In this document: one piece after another, positions 19,995 through 29,030 of the stretch
Layout: each line of letters begins with the position of its first letter
Position numbering within the stretch: the first letter of the stretch is position 1
Assembly: GCA_028343215.1 (NCBI GenBank)
Contig: JAOLYB010000001.1
Location: forward strand, 71,879 to 135,878
Direction of reading: 5' to 3'
Source of the DNA: Candidatus Nitrosopelagicus sp.
Lineage (GTDB): Archaea > Thermoproteota > Nitrososphaeria > Nitrososphaerales > Nitrosopumilaceae
DNA length: 64,000 nucleotides
Translations under genes and position numbers: made by a program
Notes under the pieces: model-generated
The model's input: only the letters and a program-made list of their open reading frames with translations
Database searches by the model: none
Told to the model about the DNA's origin: nothing

Positions 19995-21221
19995 ATGGCA
20001 GCAGAAGCAGGCTTCATTGAAGTTATCATTGCAGTAGGAATCTTACTAGCAGCTGCAAAGCTAATGGGCGAATTATTCAGTAGAATAAAGCTGCCAATCG
20101 TACTAGGAGAATTATTGGCAGGAATGATTATTGGTCCATTTGCACTAGGAGCATTTTTGCTTCATCCAGATACAGGAGAATCAATTTTACAAATCGGACC
20201 AGAACTTAGAACACTTGGAGAGATTGGTGCAATTGTAATTTTGTTTATGGCAGGATTGGAAATGACACCAAAAGAATTTTTGCGTGGTGGAAAGGCATCA
20301 TTTACAGTAGGAACACTAGGTGTAGTAGTTCCATTCTTTGCAGGACTTTTAGTATTTCAAGCATTTGGATTTGATGCATTACAAGCAATGATGATTGCAA
20401 CCGCACTTACTGCAACTAGTATAGCAATTTCAATACAAGTACTAAAGGAGTTTAATAAGATTAAATCACCAGAAGCTCGTTTAATTATTGCGGCAGCAGT
20501 CGTAGATGATATTTTGGCAATTGCAGTATTATCTGTCGTTACATCATTTGGAGGTGCAGAAGCAATAGACAATATTGATTTGGTAGATGTTACATTTACG
20601 ATTCTTAAGGTATTAGGATTCTTTGCAGCGATATTAATTACAGCAATTTTCGTAATTCCAAAAGTTATCACACCTAGAATTTGGAAAGCAACAGGAAGTG
20701 TGGAGGGAATAGCAACTGCATCATTCTTTGGTGCTGCAGCAATTGCAGGTATGTTGGGATTATCTCCAATTGTAGGAGCATTTGCGGTAGGAATGGCTCT
20801 TTCAGCCACAAAAGTATTTGAGAAAATAGAGAACTTCATTAGTAGAATAGGGTTAATTTTTGCGCCATTGTTCTTTGCAATAATTGGTGCGCAAGTAGAC
20901 TTTAGAACGGTAAACCTGGACGTGCTAATGTTAAGTGCAGTTGTAATTGCAATTGCAATTGCAACTAAATTATTCGGATGTGGATTACCATCAATTCTAT
21001 TTTTGAAAAATAAAGCTGCAGGAATGAGAGTAGGAATAGGAATGATTTCAAGAGGAGAAGTTGGATTGATTGTTGCAGGAGTTGGATTATCATCAGGAGT
21101 ACTAACAGGAGATGTGTACACAACAATCGTTCTCATGGTAGCAGTCACAACTATAATCACACCAATTTGGTTGAAGATGGATTATAGAAGAGAAGTTGCA
21201 GTGAAAACAGAGGATAACTAG
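19995..21221 (+). CDS. Cation:proton antiporter (CPA2/NapA-like)
   Basis: GELLAGMIIGP, ATSIAI, AAVVDD, GMISRGEV; about 12-13 TMs. Confidence 0.93.
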   Translation: MAAEAGFIEVIIAVGILLAAAKLMGELFSRIKLPIVLGELLAGMIIGPFALGAFLLHPDTGESILQIGPELRTLGEIGAIVILFMAGLEMTPKEFLRGGKASFTVGTLGVVVPFFAGLLVFQAFGFDALQAMMIATALTATSIAISIQVLKEFNKIKSPEARLIIAAAVVDDILAIAVLSVVTSFGGAEAIDNIDLVDVTFTILKVLGFFAAILITAIFVIPKVITPRIWKATGSVEGIATASFFGAAAIAGMLGLSPIVGAFAVGMALSATKVFEKIENFISRIGLIFAPLFFAIIGAQVDFRTVNLDVLMLSAVVIAIAIATKLFGCGLPSILFLKNKAAGMRVGIGMISRGEVGLIVAGVGLSSGVLTGDVYTTIVLMVAVTTIITPIWLKMDYRREVAVKTEDN

Positions 21222-21290
21222 AAAATAAACAAATGTGTGGTTCAAACTATTTTAAAAATTATTTAAATCATACCGGTTCAGAAAACATCC

Positions 21291-21713
21291 ATGAGTGATA
21301 AGTCTAGAGAAGAGATACGTTCAGAGTATGAAAAAGACTATCTAGAAAGATTAGCAAAAAAGAAAGAAGTGGAGTTGGACCAATATGAAGAAACTCCAAT
21401 GAGTGAAGAAGAAAGAACACGAAAAGTTGAAGATGCAGAAAAAGTACAAAATGAATCTGCCGCACAAGTTCAAGCTTCATCAGCTGCAAAAAATCAATCA
21501 GAAGATGAAATAAAAAAGAAAGCAGAGTTTGAGAAACAAGTATCAGCGTTAAGAGGAGAATTGCAAGTACTCAAAGAGATGGTAACTTTAACTGACGAGT
21601 TAGAATCATTAAAAAAACAAATCAAAAAACCATCTAGAAAAAAGGCAAGTAAAAAGAAAGCAGCTCCTAAGCGGAAGGCAAGTAAAAAGAAAGCAGCTCC
21701 TAAGCGGAAGTAA
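21291..21713 (+). CDS. Hypothetical coiled-coil protein with Lys/Ala/Pro-rich basic tail
   Basis: 140-aa ORF; acidic helical N-terminus; C-terminus KKPSRK(KASKKKAAPKR)2K. Confidence 0.75.
   Translation: MSDKSREEIRSEYEKDYLERLAKKKEVELDQYEETPMSEEERTRKVEDAEKVQNESAAQVQASSAAKNQSEDEIKKKAEFEKQVSALRGELQVLKEMVTLTDELESLKKQIKKPSRKKASKKKAAPKRKASKKKAAPKRK
21642..21707 (+). repeat. Perfect 33-bp tandem duplication (2 copies), coding
   Basis: aaggcaagtaaaaagaaagcagctcctaagcgg x2. Confidence 0.95.
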
Positions 21714-21757
21714 AATATCATTTAAACCATTTTATGTTGCATTGATTTGCATAGAGC

Positions 21758-23338
21758 ATGCAGAAATTAAGCGAGGATTTTTTACATGCATGTAAAGAAA
21801 TTTGTGAGAAATTATCTCAAATTGATAATCCAGGAAAAAGTCAAATTAAAAATGAAATAAAAGAAGTATGTGCAAAATATGCATTAGAAAGACTACCTAG
21901 AAATTCAGAAATATTATCATCTGCAACCGAAGAACAATTCTTAAAGCTTCAGAAAGTTTTACTAAAAAAACCGGTCAAATCAGCTTCAGGAGTAACAGTC
22001 ATTGCAATAATGCCAAAACCGTTTGCATGTCCACATGGAAGATGTACTTTTTGCCCCGGAGGAACAGAGATCAATACTCCAAACAGCTACACAGGGAAAG
22101 AACCGGTGACACTTAGTGCAATAGAAGACGATTATGAACCTGGAACTCAGATAAAAAGAAGAATTGAACAATTAATCGCATTTGGTCATGATCCTACAAA
22201 ATTAGAGTTAGTTATCGTAGGAGGAACGTTCCTGTTTATGCCAGATGAATATCAACGAAATTTCATAAAATCATGTTATGATGCAATTAATGGATTTGAA
22301 TCAAGTAGTTTAGAAGATGCAAAAAGAAATAATGAAAAAGCAAAAATGCGAAATGTTGGTTTCACAATAGAAACAAAACCAGATTATTGTCAACAAAAAC
22401 ATGTGGATATGATGCTAGATTATGGAACAACCAGAGTAGAAATTGGTGTTCAAAGTCTAACTGAACGAGTTTACAATATTGTGAATAGAGGTCATAATTT
22501 ACAACAAGTGATAAGTTCATTTCAAATTGCAAAAGATGCAGGATACAAAGTTGTTGCACATATGATGCCAGGACTTCCAACTATGAGTCCAAAAGAAGAC
22601 ATTGCGGATTTTAAAAAATTATTCGAGATGAAAGAATTCAAACCAGATATGCTAAAAATTTATCCCGCTTTAGTTTTAAAAGATACTCCACTTTATGATG
22701 ATTATAAATTAGGAAATTACAAACCGTATTCAACAGAAGATATGATTAATGTTTTAACTGAATCTAAAAAAATGGTTCCAAAATGGGTTCGAATCATGAG
22801 AGTTCAACGAGAAATAACAACAGATGAAATTATTGATGGTCCAAAGATGGGAAATTTAAGACAAAAAGTTCATCAGGAATTAGAAAAACAAGGAACATCA
22901 TGCAAATGTATTAGATGTAGAGAAGCAGGTTTGAATAATAAAAAAGAATTTTCAGAATTAAAATTAGAAAGAATAGATTACGATGCATGTGGTGGAAAAG
23001 AGGTATTTTTGTCATTTAATGATGAAAATGACTTAACATATGGATTTTTGAGACTACGAAAACCTAGTCAAAATGCACATAGAGAGGAAATTACTGATAA
23101 AACATCAATTGTAAGAGAACTACACGTACTAGGAAAAGCAGTTGGTATTGGTGAGCAGGAAGAATTTAGCTTTCAACACCAGGGGATTGGAAAAAGATTA
23201 ATGATGAAAGCAGAAGAAATTGCTGCAACAGATCTATCATCAAACAAATTATGTGTTATCAGTGCAGTAGGTACAAGAGAATATTATAGAAAATTAAATT
23301 ATAAAAATAATGGACCGTATATGGCAAAGGAGTTGTGA
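21758..23338 (+). CDS. elp3: tRNA uridine(34) acetyltransferase Elp3 (radical SAM + GNAT)
   Basis: CPHGRCTFCPGG, GGTF, TRVEIGVQS, KIYP, VRELHVLG, QHQGIG, ISAVGTREYYRK. Confidence 0.96.
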   Translation: MQKLSEDFLHACKEICEKLSQIDNPGKSQIKNEIKEVCAKYALERLPRNSEILSSATEEQFLKLQKVLLKKPVKSASGVTVIAIMPKPFACPHGRCTFCPGGTEINTPNSYTGKEPVTLSAIEDDYEPGTQIKRRIEQLIAFGHDPTKLELVIVGGTFLFMPDEYQRNFIKSCYDAINGFESSSLEDAKRNNEKAKMRNVGFTIETKPDYCQQKHVDMMLDYGTTRVEIGVQSLTERVYNIVNRGHNLQQVISSFQIAKDAGYKVVAHMMPGLPTMSPKEDIADFKKLFEMKEFKPDMLKIYPALVLKDTPLYDDYKLGNYKPYSTEDMINVLTESKKMVPKWVRIMRVQREITTDEIIDGPKMGNLRQKVHQELEKQGTSCKCIRCREAGLNNKKEFSELKLERIDYDACGGKEVFLSFNDENDLTYGFLRLRKPSQNAHREEITDKTSIVRELHVLGKAVGIGEQEEFSFQHQGIGKRLMMKAEEIAATDLSSNKLCVISAVGTREYYRKLNYKNNGPYMAKEL

Positions 23339-23344
23339 TAAAGT

Positions 23345-24934
23345 ATGTCTGAACAAAATGTTATAGGAAAAGGTACATGGATTGACAAACTAGCATCTGA
23401 ATTAATTGAAAGAGAAGAACAGTTGGGTAGAGATACAAGTTTAATCAGAGTTGAAAGTGGATTAGGTGCATCAGGTATTCCTCACATTGGTAGTTTAGGA
23501 GATGCCGTTAGAGCATACGGAGTAAAACTTGCTTTAGAAAATATGGGATATAAATCAGAATTAATTGCATATTCAGATGATCTTGATGGATTAAGAAAAA
23601 TTCCTGCAGGATTTCCAGATTCGCTTGAAGAACATATTGGAAAACCAGTATCGCTAATACCAGATCATACTGGAGAACATGAATCATACGGAATGAATAT
23701 GAGCAATAGGCTTTTGGACGGATTAGAGAAATTAGGAATAGAATACACCTTCAAAAGAGCAAGAGACACCTACAAAGAGGGCTTACTGCAAGAACAGATT
23801 CACACAATTTTAACACAGAGTGAAAGAATTGGAGCCAAAATTGAAGATTTAGTTGGACAAGAAAAATATCAAAAATTCTTACCATATTTTCCAGTTTGTG
23901 CACAATGTAACAGACTGTATGTTGCAGAAGCAACAGAATATCTATCTGATGAAAGAAAGGTTCGTTACAAATGTTGCGATGCAGAAATTGGAGGAAAAAT
24001 TATCAAAGGTTGTGGGTATGAAGGAGAAGCCGATATTAAAAAAGATCTTGGAAAATTAGCATGGAAAGTGGAATTTGCTGCAAGGTGGAGTGCATTTGAT
24101 ATTAGATTCGAAGCGTATGGAAAAGATATCATGGATTCAGTCAAAGTGAATGATTGGGTTGCAGATGATGTTTTGAATTTCCCACATCCACATCACATAA
24201 AATATGAAATGTTTTTGGATAAAGGTGGAAAGAAAATATCAAAATCACTTGGTAATGTTGTAACATCTCAAACATGGTTGAAATTTGGAACACCAGAATC
24301 AATACTATTGTTGCTATACAAGAGAATTACAGGTGCAAGAGAGTTGGGATTTGAAGACATACCATCACTTATGGATGAATATAATGAATTAGAGAAAATA
24401 TTTTTTGGAAAAATTAAGATTGATAATGAAGCAAAATTGGTCAAATCAAAAGGATTGTATGAATATGTGAATCTGTTAACGCCTCCAAAGCAGATGCCAG
24501 CCCAAGTAAGTTATAGACTTCTTTTAGAATTATCTAAGATTTTCAAAGAAGATAGAGTTTCCAGAATAAATAAAAAATTAATCGATTATCATGCAATAAA
24601 AGAAACATCAGCTGAAATTGATAAATTAATTGAAATGGCAGGAAACTTTGCAGATGAGTTTGATATATCAGATGAAATTGATATCGATGTAGATTCAAAG
24701 GTCAAAGGTGCACTAAGTAAACTGGTCATTCTTTTAGAAAAAGATGAAGAAATTGAAGATTTACAAAATGAGATATATCAAATTGCAAAAGGTGACGACA
24801 TAGAACCAAAAGATTTCTTCAAAGTATTATACCAAATTATTTTATCAACTACTAGAGGACCAAAAATAGGCCCATTCATTTTAGATATTGGAAAAAAGAA
24901 CGTAGCAGAAAAAATTGGTAAATACGTGAATTAA
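23345..24934 (+). CDS. lysS: Lysine--tRNA ligase, class I
   Basis: SGIPHIGS (HIGH), KISKS (KMSKS), GKLAWKVEFAARW, RGPKIGPF. Confidence 0.96.
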   Translation: MSEQNVIGKGTWIDKLASELIEREEQLGRDTSLIRVESGLGASGIPHIGSLGDAVRAYGVKLALENMGYKSELIAYSDDLDGLRKIPAGFPDSLEEHIGKPVSLIPDHTGEHESYGMNMSNRLLDGLEKLGIEYTFKRARDTYKEGLLQEQIHTILTQSERIGAKIEDLVGQEKYQKFLPYFPVCAQCNRLYVAEATEYLSDERKVRYKCCDAEIGGKIIKGCGYEGEADIKKDLGKLAWKVEFAARWSAFDIRFEAYGKDIMDSVKVNDWVADDVLNFPHPHHIKYEMFLDKGGKKISKSLGNVVTSQTWLKFGTPESILLLLYKRITGARELGFEDIPSLMDEYNELEKIFFGKIKIDNEAKLVKSKGLYEYVNLLTPPKQMPAQVSYRLLLELSKIFKEDRVSRINKKLIDYHAIKETSAEIDKLIEMAGNFADEFDISDEIDIDVDSKVKGALSKLVILLEKDEEIEDLQNEIYQIAKGDDIEPKDFFKVLYQIILSTTRGPKIGPFILDIGKKNVAEKIGKYVN

Positions 24935-25132
24935 ATGGCTCATAACGAACACAATAGACAAAAAAAAGGTGGAGGGTTTTTTCTAATAATTTTTGGAGCA
25001 TTGTTATTGTTTTTAGCACCAAATTTACACACAGATAACCCAGAATTAGGAATTGTATGTTTAATCTTCGGAATAATAGTCGGAGCAGGAGGATTTTATG
25101 TGAGATTTATTAAAAAGGCAAAACGGATCTAA
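24935..25132 (+). CDS. Small two-TM membrane protein
   Basis: 65 aa, two hydrophobic segments; starts immediately after the lysS stop. Confidence 0.7.
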   Translation: MAHNEHNRQKKGGGFFLIIFGALLLFLAPNLHTDNPELGIVCLIFGIIVGAGGFYVRFIKKAKRI

Positions 25133-25141
25133 GAGTTAGAA

Positions 25142-25831
25142 ATGGGATTATTTAAAAAAACAAAAAAAGAGGATACTAATGTTTATGAGGAAACAAATGA
25201 CAATCTACAAAAAATTAAAGATGAAACAGAAAGCGAGATTGAAAAATTAGAAAGCGAGATTCAAGAAAAAGATGAAAGATTGGGCACAATATTAGAAAAA
25301 ATTCAATTATCAAAAAAAGAATATGACGAAATTGTAGGTAAAATAATTCAATCAAAAAAAGAGTTACGCACACATGGAACTTCACAAGTAAATACTAACG
25401 AAACAAGAATGAATAATCAGAGTAAAGATAATATTTCAAAAGATATTAGCGATTCAAAAATTGAGTTGAAAAATATTCAAGATGATATTGCTAAAAAAAT
25501 AGAAATTAATCAAGAATTAGAAGAGAAGATTAAGAAAAATCAACCATTTATTTCAGATTCAGAAAACCAGAAAAAGAAAATTGATGAGGAATTAAATCAA
25601 AGAAAAAATGAGTTAGAAGTTCTTAAAAAAAGATTAGGAGAGATGAAAAAGACAGATATAAAAAATAATGAAGTAGATGATTCAAAGAATGTGGTTGAAG
25701 CGGCAAGTCAAATAATTGCTACAACAAATAAAAGATTACAAGATACAACAAAAGAGCTTGAGGTTGTCAGACAATTATTAGATAAAGAAAGAAAGGCTCA
25801 TAACGAAACAAAAAAGAAATTATTAGATTAG
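25142..25831 (+). CDS. Coiled-coil hypothetical protein
   Basis: 229 aa, K/E-rich heptads; MGLFKK start; KNVVEAASQII near C-terminus. Confidence 0.75.
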   Translation: MGLFKKTKKEDTNVYEETNDNLQKIKDETESEIEKLESEIQEKDERLGTILEKIQLSKKEYDEIVGKIIQSKKELRTHGTSQVNTNETRMNNQSKDNISKDISDSKIELKNIQDDIAKKIEINQELEEKIKKNQPFISDSENQKKKIDEELNQRKNELEVLKKRLGEMKKTDIKNNEVDDSKNVVEAASQIIATTNKRLQDTTKELEVVRQLLDKERKAHNETKKKLLD

Positions 25832-26268
25832 TTATAATATTTTTTCCATTTTTTCACTAAATCATCTTTTTTGATACCTAAGTCATATGAAGGAGAGGTT
25901 ACTTCAGAAAAAGATTTCACATCTACTACTACAATATGAGAAATTTTGCTTTTGATGCCTTTTTTCTCAAAATAATCAAGGATATTTTTGAAATCATCTC
26001 CATCTGACAGAATTTCAGCTAATCCTTTGAATCTATACCCTAGACGAGAAAAAGGATCTATCACATTAATTTCAATTGAAGGGTTTTTTGTTAAATTTTC
26101 AATTGTTTGAGGAGACCGAATGTTTGCAAATACCAATCGTGAGTCATCAAGAATTGCAATTGTTCCTTTTGGCGAAAGATTTGGAGTGCCATCTAAAGCG
26201 ACGGTTGCAACATAACCTAATTTTTGAAAATTTACAAGATTTTTTATCTCGTCATCAAATTCAATCAT
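25828..26268 (-). CDS. Pyridoxamine 5'-phosphate oxidase-family (FMN/F420 split-barrel) protein
   Basis: YVATVALDGTPNLSPKG, TIENLTKNP, GYRFKG. Confidence 0.88.
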   Translation of the reverse strand: MIEFDDEIKNLVNFQKLGYVATVALDGTPNLSPKGTIAILDDSRLVFANIRSPQTIENLTKNPSIEINVIDPFSRLGYRFKGLAEILSDGDDFKNILDYFEKKGIKSKISHIVVVDVKSFSEVTSPSYDLGIKKDDLVKKWKKYYN

Positions 26269-26305
26269 AAAATGAGTTTAGATTACAGGTAATTAAATTC
26301 GTAAA

Positions 26306-26404
26306 TTATCTCATCAGGTCTGCTGCAACGCCATAAAATAAGAAGAACCCGATTCCACCTGCTAAAATTGCAATCCATGTTGCAATATCTTTACGCTTTG
26401 GCAT
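26306..26404 (-). CDS. Putative 32-aa single-TM microprotein
   Basis: Hand translation MPKRKDIATWIAILAGGIGFFLFYGVAADLMR; basic N-terminus plus one TM; lies in an otherwise empty 400-bp gap. Confidence 0.55.
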   Translation of the reverse strand: MPKRKDIATWIAILAGGIGFFLFYGVAADLMR

Positions 26405-26451
26405 AATCTACAAGAAATACGTCTTAATAATAATGCATTCCAGATCAGAAT

Positions 26452-26595
26452 ATGTCAAAACTTGGAGTGATAGGTAGAGGCTTTATGTTCATAGTAGTAG
26501 GACTTGTCACAATTATCGTAGGCTCATTTTTGTTACGTGGAAATATGCACATGTGGGATAAAACCAAACCAGATGAATCAAAAGATAAGAAATAA
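26452..26595 (+). CDS. Putative 47-aa single-TM microprotein
   Basis: Hand translation MSKLGVIGRGFMFIVVGLVTIIVGSFLLRGNMHMWDKTKPDESKDKK. Confidence 0.6.
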   Translation: MSKLGVIGRGFMFIVVGLVTIIVGSFLLRGNMHMWDKTKPDESKDKK

Positions 26596-26669
26596 TATTC
26601 AGTTCTGACAAATAGCCAGCTCATTTTCTACCCTAATGTTCATATTCATGAAAACCGGAATTATACATT

Positions 26670-27506
26670 ATGCTCAATACAGTTTTCAAAGATGCAATAA
26701 TCAATCGTGAAAAAACATTATCTATTCTCAAAGGACCAAATTATGAAAAAATCATACAAAAAGCAAAGGAAAATTGGATTGATTATAAACCAGAAAAACA
26801 AGAAGTAGTTTCTGCAGGTATTGATAGTAGTTTCAACAGCACGAAATTTCAGGGTGCAGAGTTATGGGCAGTGACAGCAGTATCGATAAAAACAGATGGA
26901 GAGATAATTGCAGACTTGCACGATTTTGGATTGGATACAAATCCAGTATTAGCATCATTAGCAAGTAAAATGGAGATTGATGCATGTAACATGTCAATTG
27001 ATAATGCGGATTTAGTTTTGATGGATGGATCACTTTATTCACAGTTTATGACAAGACAAGCATCATTAACAGAATCAATGGTTAATGCAATGAAAAAAAG
27101 AAACAATGTTGTATTTATTTCAAAAACATCAAACACACGAAAACAATTTGAAGATTTGGGTGCTATTGCAGGAGATATTTTTTATTATAATCATGCTGCA
27201 AGAATCCCAGGATTTAGTAAGATATTTGAAGATTCAAAATTTGGGAAAGATAAAATCATTACATCAATTTTTGCAAGATTAGCAGATTCATTACCACTAA
27301 TCAAAGTAGAATTATTTGGAACAGGATATACGAATGAAGATTTCAAACAAGTATTGAATAAAATTTACAAAAATAGTATCAGTGGATATCCATATTCTCT
27401 AAAACTGGCTCACAATAACTGTAAAATTTCAGGAAAAGATCTTGTAAAACTGGCAAGTATACATGGACTATCAAATGAGATTGGTTCGAGGGAGGTTTTA
27501 GGATGA
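26670..27506 (+). CDS. nurA: DNA double-strand break repair nuclease NurA
   Basis: GIDSS, LMDGSL, ISKTS, GYPYSLKLAH; first gene of the repair operon. Confidence 0.92.
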   Translation: MLNTVFKDAIINREKTLSILKGPNYEKIIQKAKENWIDYKPEKQEVVSAGIDSSFNSTKFQGAELWAVTAVSIKTDGEIIADLHDFGLDTNPVLASLASKMEIDACNMSIDNADLVLMDGSLYSQFMTRQASLTESMVNAMKKRNNVVFISKTSNTRKQFEDLGAIAGDIFYYNHAARIPGFSKIFEDSKFGKDKIITSIFARLADSLPLIKVELFGTGYTNEDFKQVLNKIYKNSISGYPYSLKLAHNNCKISGKDLVKLASIHGLSNEIGSREVLG

Positions 27507-29029
27507 GTCTAGGATTTGTTGTGGGAGAATCAAAGCCAAACGTAGTAACAGTACAGTCATCAAGAGCGCTTCCAATAGGCGAATATGTCATAATAGAAGT
27601 TGATGAAGGTAAAATTGTAGGTCTAGTAGAAACGTCATTTGTTACAAGTGCAGCATTATCCGATGTGAAAAATTTTGATGAAGCAGAAGAAAGTATTGAA
27701 CTTGCCGAACTCAACAAGCGAGATAAAAGTTATACTGGGAAAATTTTGATTTTAGGTTTCTTGGAAATGTTACAAAAAGGAAAGGCAATACTTCCTGCAA
27801 TCCCGCCATTACCAGGAACCAAAGTAATTAAAGCAACGAAAGCAGATCTTGGAGATATTTTTGCACCTGAAAGAAATGAATGGTTGAAAATTGGTAATCT
27901 TTTAAGAAATCAAGATATTGATTCAAAAATTAATCTAAACAAAATTGTTTCGAGACATTTAGGAATTTTAGCAATGACGGGAATGGGAAAAAGTAATCTT
28001 GTTTCACTACTTGCATCTAAAATTGCAGCATTAAGCGGAACAGTGATTATTTTTGATTATCATAATGACTATGCAGATTTAGACATACCAAAAATTAATG
28101 TAATTGATGCGAAAATTAATCCAAGATTACTAGATGCTGAAACATTATCAGAAGTTTTAGAGATTAGAGAAGGAGCAGACATTCAGCAGAGAATTTTAAG
28201 AAAAGCATTCACACCGGAAGTTAAAGAATCATCTAGTTTTTGGGAAGCATTGGATCAACAAGTACAATACATTGGAAGTGATCCGGAAAGAAAAGAAGAA
28301 AGACATTCAGCAGATAGGGTTCAAGATAAAATTGATGATGCACGTAATAGATTTGCAGATATTTTAGATCCAGACATGGTTTATCCTGTAGGATTAATCA
28401 AAGAAGGAAGACTCAACATTCTCAATGTTTCAGAATTTAGTGACAAACAAGCAAATGTTGCATTAGGATATTATCTTCAAGAATTACTCAATGATAGAAA
28501 GGCTGCAAGTAACGCAAAAAGTGCAAAAAGTAAATCTAAGAAAAGTTACATGTTCAACAGCCCAATTTTTGTTATTATTGAAGAAGCTCATGTTTTCATT
28601 CCTAAAGGTGAAGATGCCAGAGCAAAATATTGGGCAACAAAGATTGCAAGAGAGGGTCGTAAATTCGGATTAGGATTGTGCGTAGTTTCACAAAGACCAC
28701 GAAATATTGAGCCTAGTATTCTCAGCCAGATGGGCTCTTTAGCGGTAATGAAAATGGTTCAAGAAGATGACCAACATCAGATTGCATCTGCATCAGAATC
28801 AATTAGTAGAGATTTGATTGCTCAGTTAACATCATTGAATGTTGGTGATGCTGTATTGGTAGGTCAATGGGTCAACTTACCAGCAATAATTCACATTGAT
28901 GAGATGAAAGGTAAAGTGATTGGTTCGGACCAAAATGCAGTTGATCAATGGACGATTGCAAGAAAATTTGAGGATGAAAACAAAGGACAAGCCCAAGGAA
29001 CAGTACAAAAAGATCTGTTATTAGATTAA
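27503..29029 (+). CDS. herA: DNA repair helicase/translocase HerA
   Basis: HAS barrel; RHLGILAMTGMGKSN Walker A; IIEEAH; AREGRKFG; SQRP. Confidence 0.94.
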   Translation: MSLGFVVGESKPNVVTVQSSRALPIGEYVIIEVDEGKIVGLVETSFVTSAALSDVKNFDEAEESIELAELNKRDKSYTGKILILGFLEMLQKGKAILPAIPPLPGTKVIKATKADLGDIFAPERNEWLKIGNLLRNQDIDSKINLNKIVSRHLGILAMTGMGKSNLVSLLASKIAALSGTVIIFDYHNDYADLDIPKINVIDAKINPRLLDAETLSEVLEIREGADIQQRILRKAFTPEVKESSSFWEALDQQVQYIGSDPERKEERHSADRVQDKIDDARNRFADILDPDMVYPVGLIKEGRLNILNVSEFSDKQANVALGYYLQELLNDRKAASNAKSAKSKSKKSYMFNSPIFVIIEEAHVFIPKGEDARAKYWATKIAREGRKFGLGLCVVSQRPRNIEPSILSQMGSLAVMKMVQEDDQHQIASASESISRDLIAQLTSLNVGDAVLVGQWVNLPAIIHIDEMKGKVIGSDQNAVDQWTIARKFEDENKGQAQGTVQKDLLLD

Positions 29030-29030
29030 A

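Noticed and set aside
20357-21160. Long antisense ORF (267 aa), and similar shadows at 6681-7154, 13499-13972, 17101-17541 and 18619-19098
   Set aside because: They lie opposite well-supported genes, have no recognisable motifs, and are explained by codon bias of the sense gene.
24937-25807. 13-bp direct repeat ggctcataacgaa at about 24937 and about 25795 as a target-site duplication
   Set aside because: Both copies are inside coding sequence (AHNE) and no mobile-element genes lie between them; likely chance.
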